Below are positions 1 through 12,400 of a stretch of DNA of 64,000 bases, piece by piece. The stretch's first letter is position 1. Each line of letters opens with the position of its first letter. The position numbers and the translations under genes were made by a program. Origin of the DNA: Antedon mediterranea (Eukaryota > Animalia > Echinodermata); assembly GCF_964355755.1 (NCBI RefSeq), contig NC_092676.1:24508871-24572870 (forward strand), written 5' to 3'. The notes beneath the pieces are model-generated. The model made no database searches, was not told the DNA's origin, and worked only from the letters and a program-made list of their open reading frames with translations.

Positions 1-164
1 ATGTATTATTACATGGGGTGTCCCCGTAGAGGTTGCAATGTATATTATTACATGGGGTGTCCCCGTAGAGGTTGCAATGTATTATTACATGGGGTGTCCC
101 CGTAGAGGTTGCAATGTATTATTACATGGGGTGTCCCCGTAGAGGTTGCAATGTATTATTACAT
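1..164. repeat. 37-bp minisatellite (4 full units plus a partial, runs off the window edge)
   Basis: Unit ATGTATTATTACATGGGGTGTCCCCGTAGAGGTTGCA starts at 1, 38 (with a +2 nt TA insertion), 77, 114 and 151 (partial). No spacers. Confidence 0.95.
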
Positions 165-1079
165 AACGTAACTATATAGTGCTCACTGTTGGGTTTGTAT
201 TTTACAATTCATCTATTTTGTATGCAAAAAGTGCTTCGAGACACAGCCATGGCCAGCATAAAACTTGTACTGCTAAAGGATACACATACACCCATATGAC
301 AGCAGACAGGGATTTCACAACGTCTTAAAAATTAGATCATTAATTAATGTGTTTCCGTATGTAGCGGACGTGCCGTTTCTGGAAGTTACAGATACTCTGT
401 TCAACAACAACATAACACTGACTATGTTTTTTAATGCAGAACATACGGTAACATGTATATTGCATGTATACTGCGCGGTTTTTTTTTTATGAATAACAAA
501 TTTTATACGAAACACTGTCTATCTATCTAGGCCTATGTAAGTTTTTATGTGGTGCTCTACAAAGAACAGAGCGCCTAACAATACTAGCATTATCAATTTA
601 AAAGAAAAGTTTGACATTTAAATAGAGGTGCCTTTCATAACAACACATGGTAACACTATACTGAGAACAAGAACATACAAATACGAGTACTGTTTTAATT
701 TTTTTTCTTCAAAACTTGTATATCGGTTAATAATAATGTATGACAAGTCCCCTTCAGTTTACATGTGTGTGGGGCATGAATTTTGTCTAACATTAATATA
801 AACAAGATTTAATATAATTATGAAAATATGATTTAATTATTTGTGCACGTAAATACAGGAATTAAAGGGAAACTGTCAGGACTTAACAAAGTGTCCCCTT
901 ATTAGTGTAAAACATTTCCCCTGTTCGTTTAACATGAAAGTGACCCATGAATAGGGATGTCCTGAAGGAGCTTCTGCTGTTCAAGTTTCTGCATAATCTT
1001 CTGTCTGTTATGCGCGATTTGAACGAGTCAATTTAAAATTGCGAAAGAATTCCCTAACACAATTAGAAATTCGGCATGA

Positions 1080-1235
1080 AGCTCTGTCTACACTACTATC
1101 ATACTAGTTTGACAAAAAAGTGTGATATGCCCAAATACGGTAGTGATATGCCCAAATATGGTAGTGATATGACACCATCCATTATAATATGGGCACATCA
1201 CATTTTTTGTCATATAAAGTTTGATAGACAAAGCT
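1080..1235 (+). mobile_element. MITE family A (PIF/Harbinger-like, ~150 bp), first of ~18 copies in the window
   Basis: TIR AGCTCTGTCTACACTATCAAACT...AGTTTGATAGTGTAGACAGAGCT with internal CCAAATATGGTAGTGATATG repeats. TAA target duplication is clear at 41999-42145 and 47865-48010. Other copies (approx.): 5206-5367, 15829-15947, 17897-18034, 18469-18578, 19082-19224, 19593-19734, 23936-24023, 48233-48390, 50400-50498, 51937-52079, 52575-52716, 52793-52890, 55480-55626, 57117-57262, 57400-57536. Superfamily inferred from the 3-bp TWA duplication. Confidence 0.92.
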
Positions 1236-1664
1236 TAACATATCTATCAAACGGAGCAACAGGTTGTTTAATAGAGATGTCATGGTTCAGGCGTTGATTC
1301 CTGACCTTTGTAGGTCATTAATTCACATTAATACCTCATCATTACCAGTATTGTATCCATAGCAACCGGTGGTAGTTATCGACCGTGAACAACCGTACTT
1401 TGGGTACCGTCTTTCACAAGACATAAAAAAACATGACGGTCAAAATGTCAGCACTATCTTATATGAAAATGAGTAGGCCTACCATATTGTTATTACAAGA
1501 TAACAAATGCATTTAAACATATATTTGTTATCTATTGTTAAAACTGTACAATACATAAAATGTCGACGTACAGCGCTTTTGATAATGGTTTCATTCTAAG
1601 AACGCTATATCAAATGAGTAATGTAATGTCTTAATAGGCCTAAATATGACGTAAATAAACTCAC

Positions 1665-1997
1665 TTTCAACTGCTGCTGCCTCCCAAGTCGAGCGTAAAC
1701 AGGTTTCATCATTTTCGTAAGCATAATAACATTGTTTTTGTTTGTTTTCCATTCTTCATCATCCTCAACATCAATGTACAATATATCCCTAGCCGTGTCT
1801 TTAACGTGCTCCTCTTTTGTTCGTATATCAATATTGATGTACGGTCGTTGAGAGTAACTCCACGGTTGCTTTAATTTCTCCACAGAGCCAAGGAACTGGA
1901 GCTGTATAATTCCAAATATAGACAAGATGAACACACTTATAAGACGAATCAGTTTGGGTAACTTCAAAGAAGTGGAACCCAGATGTAACAGAGACAT
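1665..1997 (-). CDS. Probable first coding exon of a type II membrane protein, continuing beyond the left edge
   Basis: ATG-initiated 333-nt frame with an N-terminal hydrophobic segment (LISVFILSIFGIIQLQFLG) followed by a hydrophilic stem. It ends in phase 0 at a strong donor AAA|GTGAGT (1664). No downstream exon recognised in the window. Confidence 0.45.
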
Positions 1998-4900
1998 AGC
2001 CAGCGGACGTACGCGATTAAGGATTCAATGTCTAAACACAGTCTACATTGCACCGCGTTTGAATGAATCATGCGACCAAACGACGTGGTCACTCATGTAT
2101 GTCTGGAGTGGACACTGCAGGACCTCAAGTGAGGAGTGAAATATCCAATCGAAATGTTCCGCGTTCAACAAGGTGACAAAACGTCATCATAAATCTCCAA
2201 GTTTAACACTTACAATGTGATTATATTTTATCACAAATGAGATCACAAGTAGGTGTCAGGAGCTGCTCATACGTTACAATACTTCCTATACATAATTTTC
2301 CCATGCGAACTCTTCATATGAATGATATACTATAATACCATCATTATCGCATGTTTGCCCAAAGACTGGTAATGTAAATACTTGTGCAAAGTAATATCAA
2401 AGCATATACAAGTAGTGTACAGCAATATGCCTACGTCATAATACAACAGACAGCTGACGTCACCTGCAGTTATTCCGTCCGCTTGTTCCCCGCCGTCAAA
2501 ACGTCCAGGACATTTTCACCAACGACACCGCGCGTCGATTGCAGCGTACGTTCACACGACGTCAACAATCTACGCGTCTACCTATATACTGAGTTTTTTT
2601 GTGTGCAGACTCACCAGTGTACATAGCATTACTGGATCGTTGTCAGTTCGGATGTCTTTAATTTACGCTTCATTTAGTAACACAGTAAATAACAGTTATG
2701 GGTTGTGGGTCACAGATGGCGCTAACCATAAAACAAATATTTTGACTAGTAATGATTCACTGCCGAATTCCTCTAGCTGTGGGTTACACACGTATGAACG
2801 AGTGTCGTACTTTAAATCGTATGTTTTACTTCACCCGGTTTGAATACTACTGCACAGTCAATTATTATTTATTAATAAATGGAGTAAAGTTATGTTGATA
2901 TAAATAGAATTCAGCATAGTTTTAAAAGTAGTATAATCAATCATTGGTTTTTCATAAAAAGCTTATTTATACGTGTTAGCCCTTTCCTGTCTCTAACAAA
3001 AGTAATTGTGTATAAATCTTTAACATATTACACCTTTTTGAAAACAGAACCAGACAGCACAGGGAGCCCAGTTAATTTGCAACACAACCGTGCTCTAAAC
3101 GCACCCATAAATCAAATTCAAATTGTCTGTAAACGCATGTAAATACACTTTTAAGAACAAAAGCAATGGGTCTGTGGAGGTTCATTCACATTTAGGTGTC
3201 AAGTTGAACAAACTTGACACCCCTTTTTTTTTATATTATATATAGAGAAAGTAGGTCTTGTTTTTGGGAAGGGGGAGGGGGTTGACAGCAGTTTCCTACA
3301 AAATGTAGACACACAGTATCATTCGGAATAACTTTATGATTAATGATATTCTTACAGAATTTTAATACGTTTAAATCATTGGTTTTAATGGAGTGAATAA
3401 ACATGGCCCTACTTTTTTACATTTAAACAATAACTTGTCAGTGGTTGTAGATTCCTCCACGAATTGCTACCGTTTATAACATTTTTATTGGAGAATGTCC
3501 ATCTAAATTGAATGAATTATGTACCAGTCAACATTTCTAAGGAAGCACTCGGCGGAAAACCGGGACATCCTCGAATCTAGCTCGAACGACAACAAAGGTG
3601 TGAATCTAGTGACATTCGAGTCTAAATAGTAAAAATGTTTTTAAACATCATCTTGTAAAACTTTTTTTAAAAAGTTTTACAAGATGTAAACATTAAAGAG
3701 GGCGCTGTTTAGAATTTTAACTGTCTCAATGGTTTTCCCTCAACTCGGCTCCGACCGAATGTTGCTAATGCGCCCTCTTTTTAGTAGACGTTACAATTAT
3801 AGTCATATTAAAGGCATACATTTTGGGTGGGGTTAAGAAACATAGATTTATAATATAAACACACGAAAACAAGAACATTGTTGCATCAAACTGTAAATTC
3901 TGTAGATTTTCGCATAATAAAGGCCAACTAACACGGTAAGAAGAAGAACGGTAACGGAAAGCGGTAAAAGATACACGAAAAACATCAATATATAGAATCT
4001 ATGTGAATTCTTATGACAATTTAATACAAAACGTGGAGCGGACGGCAACAACCAGTAAATTACTATGTAGGCCTATATATTATTTTCCGCGACGCGCGGT
4101 GTCTGTTAAAGGGCGTGGAACAGATCGTCTCGCAGCCTGTTAAATAACTAATGACTTTTTGAAATTAATATAAATTATATAGCCTATGACCAATTCTAAT
4201 TGCTGTATACCGCGTTACAAAAAAACTTAATTAATTAAAGAAATTACCAGTTAAAGAACGTTCACACTGAACTCAGATTTCGGTTCAGTGGTTAGATAAA
4301 AAGGCGTGGAAATAGGTGTTAAGAACAGAACCGTTCATACGCTGTTTCTGAAACACATACGTGTGTGAACCCGTGCTCGAAAAAGTGACATAGCCCGCGT
4401 GTAGTTTCTTTCCGGCCAACGGGGACAATTTTTTTGTTACTACCAGGTTAAGACAGAAATCATGTATAAATAAATAACCGTCCAAACGTTAAATTAAACT
4501 CGGGGCAAGCCTGTTTTCTTTCACACAGTTTATTTCATATTGATGGCAGTTTGTGCACGAATGGCTGATAATTATTCACCAAAAATGATATTATTTGTAT
4601 TATTCATCAGTTAATGAAGATGAAATAAACAAACATGGGTAAACTACTAACAGATTGCGTTAAACTCCCAATGGCATCATTTAAACAAACCGAGCAAACA
4701 ATCCTGATAGCTAAAGTGACTGTTGTTAAAGTAACGGCCTTACGATCTTCAGTGTGTATCCCCAGCTGGGTAGATTCCCATACGTTAAACGTATGTAATT
4801 GTTAGCACTGATTACTTAAAATGTCTGGTCTGCGATTGTTTATCAATTCTAGGCCTTCAATTTCATCTATTCGTTTGTCATGGCTAAACTGTGTTAATTT

Positions 4901-7900
4901 CAACACACATTTTAACATGCATTCTGTCACCGGTTTAGGATGGGACGATAAAAAAAAAACAATGTAAAGACTTGCCTGTGCTTTTTTGTCACGTTCGTGA
5001 CGTACGCGTGCTTAGTCATAATTCATCCGGTCATAATACAAATAATATATAGGCCTGTATAGTCTACTTTACATGTTTATTTTCTATGTTATTTTACTTT
5101 GGATGGCATCATAGTAACCACTAAAAATAATATAAATAGTAAACTCAAAACCTGCCCCTATCTGAAACTTACGACGCGTTCGTTCACTCTCCAAACCCAA
5201 ACTAAAGCTCTGTCTCTACACTATCAAACTAGTTTGACAGAAAAGTACATGTGATGTGCCAAAATATGGTAGAGTGATATACCTAAGTATGGTAGTGATA
5301 TGACATCATCATATCCATATATACACATTTTTAGTCACATAAAGTTTGATAGTGTAGACGGAGAGCTTAACCAGTCAGTTCATCGTACGTATAGGCCTAT
5401 AATGATCTCTGAAGTGTTGATATAATGTACCTTAACGTAAATGTTGATATTAAAACTAACGAAATAGGAGTTCGAAAAAATATGCCTATATGTATCTCCA
5501 CTTATTATCATTGTCTTAAATTTAACTTCAAACACTGAATGAGACTAGACCATTGTTCAACTCATTGTTATATTTTCAATTCAAGTTTTGACACCTTTAT
5601 TCTTCATTTCATTAATTTCAAAGCGACGTGCAAAATAATAATCTATATAAATCCAATGCAACACTTTCATTATATTTTCATATTATTCTAGTCCCAAAGG
5701 GCATTCGCATTTGAACCCCTGAATAATGCTAGACAGAAGGCCCACTTTGTGGTAAGTGATGTGATTATTAAACGGATATTCTTTAAGTAAATCGACTAAA
5801 TCTAAAATTAAATAAATTTAGAAAGTTTAAATGCAGGACAAACACACCATCCACTTGTGTGACAATTAACTCTTTCTTACAGACATACAAACGGAACATG
5901 GCAAATATAGATTATGTCCTATACGATGTATTGTTATCGATGACGCGTGTAACCGCGCCGATTCGGGTGCAACTGCCAAAACTGGCAGTCGATTGACGTG
6001 TATTCATGCGACATATGAGCGGCACAAGTCGCCTATTGTTTAACGTACTCTCTTCACTGATTCTTGCTAATTCACTTGTCTGTTTATAGAAACTGCGTTA
6101 TTATCTAACTTGCATCATTGCTAAGTCTTTAAGACGATTTAGTACTTGGTATATGTTATATCAACACGCATGCGACTGTCTTTGTTGCTGCCTCGTGTAT
6201 TCGTTTTTAACATGTGTTTTCTTTGTATAAAATTCCCACACATTCTTGAAAAATGTATGTTACTGCCCTCAATGAAGACTAAACGATTCGGAGGATGGAA
6301 TTGGCCTGACTTTTATAAGGTTATACCCATACCAGTGAATACTATGGATGATGGTTTTATAGACATAGGTTATTATTAAAATAACAAATGTTCACAAATA
6401 TAATTATTGTCCTCCTAAATTTTTTTTTCCAAATTTTTTTTTATGCCATTTTAATGTCACATAATATGCCTAGTTAAAAAATTCACCAAAACCTGGATCG
6501 AAAAAAATAATTATTTACCTGAAAAAAAAAATGTAATTGAAAGCAAAAAACACTTAATTAAACATTTCTTTTGTCTTTTTATAAGTGTATTAATTTTTTT
6601 TCTCCAGAAGTGAACAACTTCATTAAAACCGCAAAATGGTCTATTTTAAGTATGAATTATTAATCTTTATTTTTCATGTTTATGTGGACACATCTTTAAA
6701 TTAAGTCTTTCATGGAGATATTCAAGACTACTCTACACAGCCTCCGTACATCAACGTTTAGTAAGATCTGCGCAAAACAAGGCCTAGGCCTATGTCCTAT
6801 ACCTTTCCGATTTAAAAAAAAAACAATAATTTGAGCTTTTTCTCAACATCTGATTTAATTTTAATTTTGTCATAATTGTGTTAAAAAACGAATCACTGCA
6901 ATACTAATTGTAAAAAAATGAAGAAAATGTTTTCTGAGAATATATTTGAAATTTTATTTTAAATAATTTATTTATTTTTTTTACAGTTTAGTGTATATAC
7001 TCTATCTGGAAATGTTAAATTAATATTTAAAGAGTGTAAATACTGCAGTAGTAAAATAGGAATTAGATAAAAAGTAGGCCTACAAACAGAACAATTTAAT
7101 GTTGTGACGTAAGTTGGCAATATGAGAACCCAAATCTCCCGGATTAAAAACACTAATGTCATGATGGGATCATCAGGGAAGGATCAGGGAAGAGTGAAAT
7201 TACACTCTTTCCTGGTGCGATTAATGTTTCTACATTTTGATTAACTCAGTCTCGGCCTCGGGTGACCAATTAACTCATTAATATAGCAGCCTAAATTAAC
7301 CTAATTAGCGTGTTGAATATCTAATCAGAAAATGCGTCTGTCGCCCACTTGTTAACAATGAGTAGAATCTAATTATGTAAGCGCAACATAAAATATACAC
7401 GGACAAAACACCAAGTCAATACGCAAAATACTACAAGTAAACAAACAGAACACTGTAAGTAAACACGAACAACTGTTAGGCCCTAATCATACACACCTAA
7501 GCCTGGGGTTTTGTTGTCTGTGTGTGGAAAACGGTAATAGCGGTGGTGTTTCAATCGACCAATGGTAATCGGAGTTGGCTGGTTTGATTCAATGTTTAAA
7601 CAGGCGCAGGATTTATAAATGAAATTTGTATTGATTTTGCGTCATTACCAGCTGGCAAACCCGGGAAAACAAGGTGATATGCCGGGTAGTTATCAACAGG
7701 TTTGCCGGTCTTCGTTTCATGCAATGCGCTGTTATTTGTTTTTATTACTTTATTTCACACTAGTCGTTCGATATTTTGCGACCTCGGTGAACGTTACCGA
7801 TTTATCGAATGCCGTTTTGAAGTTATTTTAAAAATAATACGTTTTAAATGAAGCGTAAGCTTAGTTACAAGTTTCGCACTGGTTGCTGAATTGTTTATTT

Positions 7901-8604
7901 TTAATACACTGAACGATTTATTTAGCACAGGTTTAGGTTAAAATGTTCGTGTTGCGATCGTGTTGACGATAAACTGAAATCGATAGTGGGAGGGAAAATA
8001 TAATTTTAATAGGCCTTCAGTTTTCTAGTCGTGCAAATGGAAGATTCGAAAAATATTAGGTTGATAGATAGATATTGTCGTTTATTGAATAAAAATAATC
8101 TCCGATCATATATTAATTATTATAACCGATGAATTAAATCTTCCTCCATGACACAATATACATCTCTATTAAAAATTTACTTATCCAATGAATTAAATCC
8201 TCCATGATATTATAGGCCTAAAGTATAGGAGATGACACAATTATACACCTCTATTCAAAATTTACTTATCTGTGAATCTGTTTCAAAACATTCATGGATA
8301 ATAATGAAGGGGACAAAAAAAAATTAAATCTAAACGTACATGGGAATAACAAATTCTTAGCCTTCAACATTAAACAACATGAAAGAAAATCAATTAGTAC
8401 TAGTACATATACTGGTTAATGCAAATACATCCACGTCTAATCAATACAAAATGTTGCTGCTATGCAAATGCATTGTATCTATCACCACAGTGGGTTGAAT
8501 GGTATCACTAGTAAAGCAGGGGTTGGGGGAAGGGGTGAGGGGAAATAAGACGATTCACATTTAAAAGAACAAGGTCAGCTTCCTAAGCACAAATCCACCG
8601 ATTT

Positions 8605-8815
8605 CGTGTGGCTTGGTGGTTACGATGTACGGCTATCAAATCCTGTCATGTCAGGATTTTTTCTAATGACAATTTAGCCTTCAACTTCACTCCCAAAGAC
8701 TTGTAATCTATGTACAGCATCTTAAGTATATGTTTGTCTTGTGAACAGGACTGCCACCTTTAAGAAGGATAGTGAATTTATTCGCTTACGGCTTATCCTT
8801 GGCAATTTGCCAACA
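8605..8815 (+). mobile_element. tRNA-derived SINE, degenerate copy of the 46629 element
   Basis: Shares TGTCAGGATTTTTTCTAATGACAATTT...CACTCCCAAAGACTTGTAAT...TAAGAAGGATAGTGAAT...TTATCCTTGGCAATTT with 46629-46890. A-box TGGCTTGGTGG present; B-box region largely deleted. Confidence 0.8.
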
Positions 8816-9405
8816 AAAAAAAAAGGGGGGGGGGGGTGGGGGGAAGGCGCCATCGGGACCTAATAAACAGCAGTGTCCCGTAAATGGCGTTCTCTTAATA
8901 TGGATTGACTGTAGTAAATGATAATATGTTGTTTTGTTTCTCCTGGTTCGTTCACTGGAAAGTGTTCCTGAATTGGAGTGTTCCATTAATTGGATTGACC
9001 CAAAGGAGGACTTTTGATGTCAATGTGAATCCTAAATCACCGAAAAGGGGAAATGAAAGGGATAGGATGGATAAGACATTGAAGGTTAATATACTCAATT
9101 TAAGTTAAACAGAAGTGTGTACATGCGCAGAAACCAGGACGAGAATCATGTACGTAGGCCAGACGGATGTCATTATGTTCCTTGTAATGTAATAATGTGC
9201 GCACATACGTGTAACTTTACAAGTCATTGACATAATAGCAAACTTCATTCAACAAGTTATAGACTTAAACCAAACTGCTTTAGAAATAAAAGCGATAAAT
9301 GACATTGGACTACTTGTCATGATTTTCTTTCACAAACAGCTGTTTATAACTTAGTTTTTCCCACCCGCTTTCTGGTTACAAGTAGAAAAGACGAGCGCAC
9401 CCACT

Positions 9406-12400
9406 ATGCCGATCATTCACCAAGGTGTTCTTATCCTGACAACAAGTCAAGAAAAAAAAATGCTTGGTGGAAATGTTCATGTCTTGCGGCGTCTGAGGGG
9501 TGATGCTGCCGGCCTAGGTAGAGATGGTGACGACACTGGCGTCTTGTGTGCTTCTGAGATTCCTGGCGATTTTTTGTTGGGCTCGTTGCAGGGCGAACTG
9601 CGTATTGGTGATTGCATGAAGGATGAACGTACTAGTCCCTATATGTTACAGGTAAGATATACATTTATATTAATTCATTTTCAATGTTTAAAAAATAAGT
9701 TTCGTTGCTGTGACGTCATTTAGCAATTTTACGTGAGAACAACGTTGTCTTAATTGTTCAACTTAATCTCGTACTTCGAAAACGGCAGATAACTTTTTTC
9801 AAAGTAAGATGTAGTACGTTTACAGACGCGATATATTACGACTTAAAAAAATGGAAACTACAAAAAATACACTGAATGTAATATTGTTTGCACAATGATT
9901 ATTAAAATAGTAACAAGTAATATTAACTTTAAAAAAAATCAAATCCGTTCTATTAAAAAAAATCGGTGATAGTATATCAATATTTTCCCCTTTAAAATTA
10001 TTCCTCATTATTCGTGATAAAATTTTTATTTATTATGAATTTAGAGGAGGTTGGAACCAAACAAAACAATCAATATGTTTAATAATTATTTTTAAAAGGA
10101 GACCTGTAAATTATAGACCTGAATGTAAAATCATGGACCTAAATTATTAATTTTAATTTAATTTTTAGGTCCACGGTAAAACTGTAATGAAATTCACGGT
10201 AGGCCTTAGTAGTAGCTTCAATACCGGCAATTACACAATTTAGGTCCCCATAGGCAAAGGATTTTGAAATTTCCAGAGGGTATATTATTCCCAGATAATG
10301 AATACACTGACCCTAAAAAAGAACTTATAAGGATCACTTGGTGCTGGTGAATTCTCAAGTGGTGTACAAAATGTATAGCTTCAGCAGGTACTTTTATTTT
10401 TACATAAAGGTAAAAACAACAAAAGCAGTCAAAATAAGCGCTTGTAATCCAGCATTGTAGCCCGCTTAAAATTAAGTTGTGAAGAGCTTTAGCCGTTGGT
10501 GTTATGCTTAACTTATTTGAGATTTAGTTACGATCACAATAACAAGGCTGAATATAACGGTCAATCAACACCGTGAGAACATTCGCCAAGTCAATTGTAA
10601 ATTAGGATTAATAAATGAATTCTTCTACATTGATAATACCATCTATTTGCTAATTCTTAACCTTACGTCATTCATTCATTAACTAAATCCATTAATATTT
10701 ACTGTCAACAACCAGATTTTTATATTGGTAAGCATTAAATTCCCATCGTACTACTTATACGTCCTTCTCGCTAATAATTTAACGTCAATTTAACGTGTTG
10801 CTATTTTCTTTAATTCCATGAACCTTTATTTATTTGTATTGGTATTTCCAATATTGTCTATTTGAAATAAAAATAAACAACAAATATATAATAATAAATA
10901 GTAATAATAATTATAATAATATACTTAAATAAATAACAAATGTTCAAAATGTGAAATGTATAGTCTTATTTTCTGCATTTTTGTGCATGAGTCTGCGCTG
11001 CACGACCAAATGAATTTTTTTGAATTTTACAATTTTGTTTCCATCGATAATAAAACAAACAAACAAAGCTCCAGGTACGCGGTATATTTTGCCAGGCAAT
11101 AACGGGTGGGAGGGAGGAGGTTTCCTAGACATTTTCGATACCCGAACAGCGTATTTTATGTTATCGTACAAATCAAAAATGATATTTTGTTTGCAGATTA
11201 AATGTGTAGGGGGTAAAATAGTCTCAAGCGATGGAGCTCAAGGAAGCGGCGAGCGGTGGATGCGGTTTATCAGTGCCGCGCGGAATGACGATGAACAGAA
11301 CACGGAGGCCTCTACCAACTCAAACGGACAAGTTATACTCCGGACAACACGGCGCATACTCATCGGCGAAGAGCTACTTGTTTGGTATTCAGACAAGCTG
11401 CAGCGTATAATGAACATTCTACCAGTGTTACCGTCACGTGACCACACAGGTAAGTTTTTTTTTTATAAACAAAGCTAATATTCATGATTAATGAAACATG
11501 TATTGGTCCCTCCTGAATGTTACCGCGGCCCTGTTTCAATGCAAATAATTTCGAATTATATTCATTTCATTTTTTTTTTTAAATTAAAAAAATTAAATCG
11601 TTCGTCAATGAAAATCATTTCGAATTATATTTATTTTCACGCTGCTGCTCTAGCCCGCTACTACTACTACTACTACTACTTAATCAGAAGCTAAAGCAAG
11701 CAGCAGTTATAGTTCTAAGGACGACAGTTTTGCGAAAATGGAAACTCCACTATAATTTATTGATTCCAGCTGCTACAGTAGACCCAAAAAACGTCTGGGA
11801 AAAGAGTCTATTAGGACATGTCATGCTAAAATTACAAATCCCAAAGCATTTCTGGTATATTCAACTGTCAGATATTCATTGAATTATTATCGAAACAGTC
11901 CATTAAAGTTTGTGTTTGTAATAGGATACTTCACACTTGAAATATCTAGGGTGATGAAGTGACCCCTAGACTTGACCTTAGCAATAAAATTAACTAGTGA
12001 CAGAAATTGAGTATTCACATCTGTAACCAAAAAAAAAAATATTTATTCACATATAAAAAGAGAAAAGAACCCTAAAAACCATTGTCTGACAGACAGAAGT
12101 ATTTGTTGCTTTAAATTACATTTTTTCAGGTAAAATAACTATTATGTGACAATAAAATGACACATTCAAAAACATTTGAAATAAAAAATATTTTTCAATA
12201 AGCGAGCAGCGTTTTTTGTTAGAAATATTTCTTGTTTATTTTATTTTTGTAGTAAGGCCTATTTAGAAAAAAAATAAAATTAAAATTAAATCGTTCATCA
12301 ATGAAGATCATTTCGAATTATATTTATAGTTTTAAACAAATACAACTCGGCAGCTCGATATCTGTTACGACTAATGATGATGTTAACTTTATAGTCTTGT

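Noticed and set aside
1-164. CRISPR-like 37-bp repeat with a GGGG..CCCC hairpin
   Set aside because: Units are directly adjacent with no spacers, no cas genes are present, and the context is eukaryotic.
1076-1297. Recurrent small ORFs with CDVPIYGHDDVISLPYLG-like peptides (also 47873, 48259, 51924, 52591)
   Set aside because: They are translations of MITE family A, not a peptide gene family.
1353-1366. X-box GTATCCATAGCAAC
   Set aside because: Good match, but no ciliary gene start is identifiable nearby, so it is unsupported on its own.
3649-3686. Near-perfect 18-bp-arm hairpin as a terminator or structured RNA
   Set aside because: AT-rich palindrome inside what looks like a decayed MITE (AAAGAGGGCGC/GCGCCCTCTTT nearby), with no independent support.
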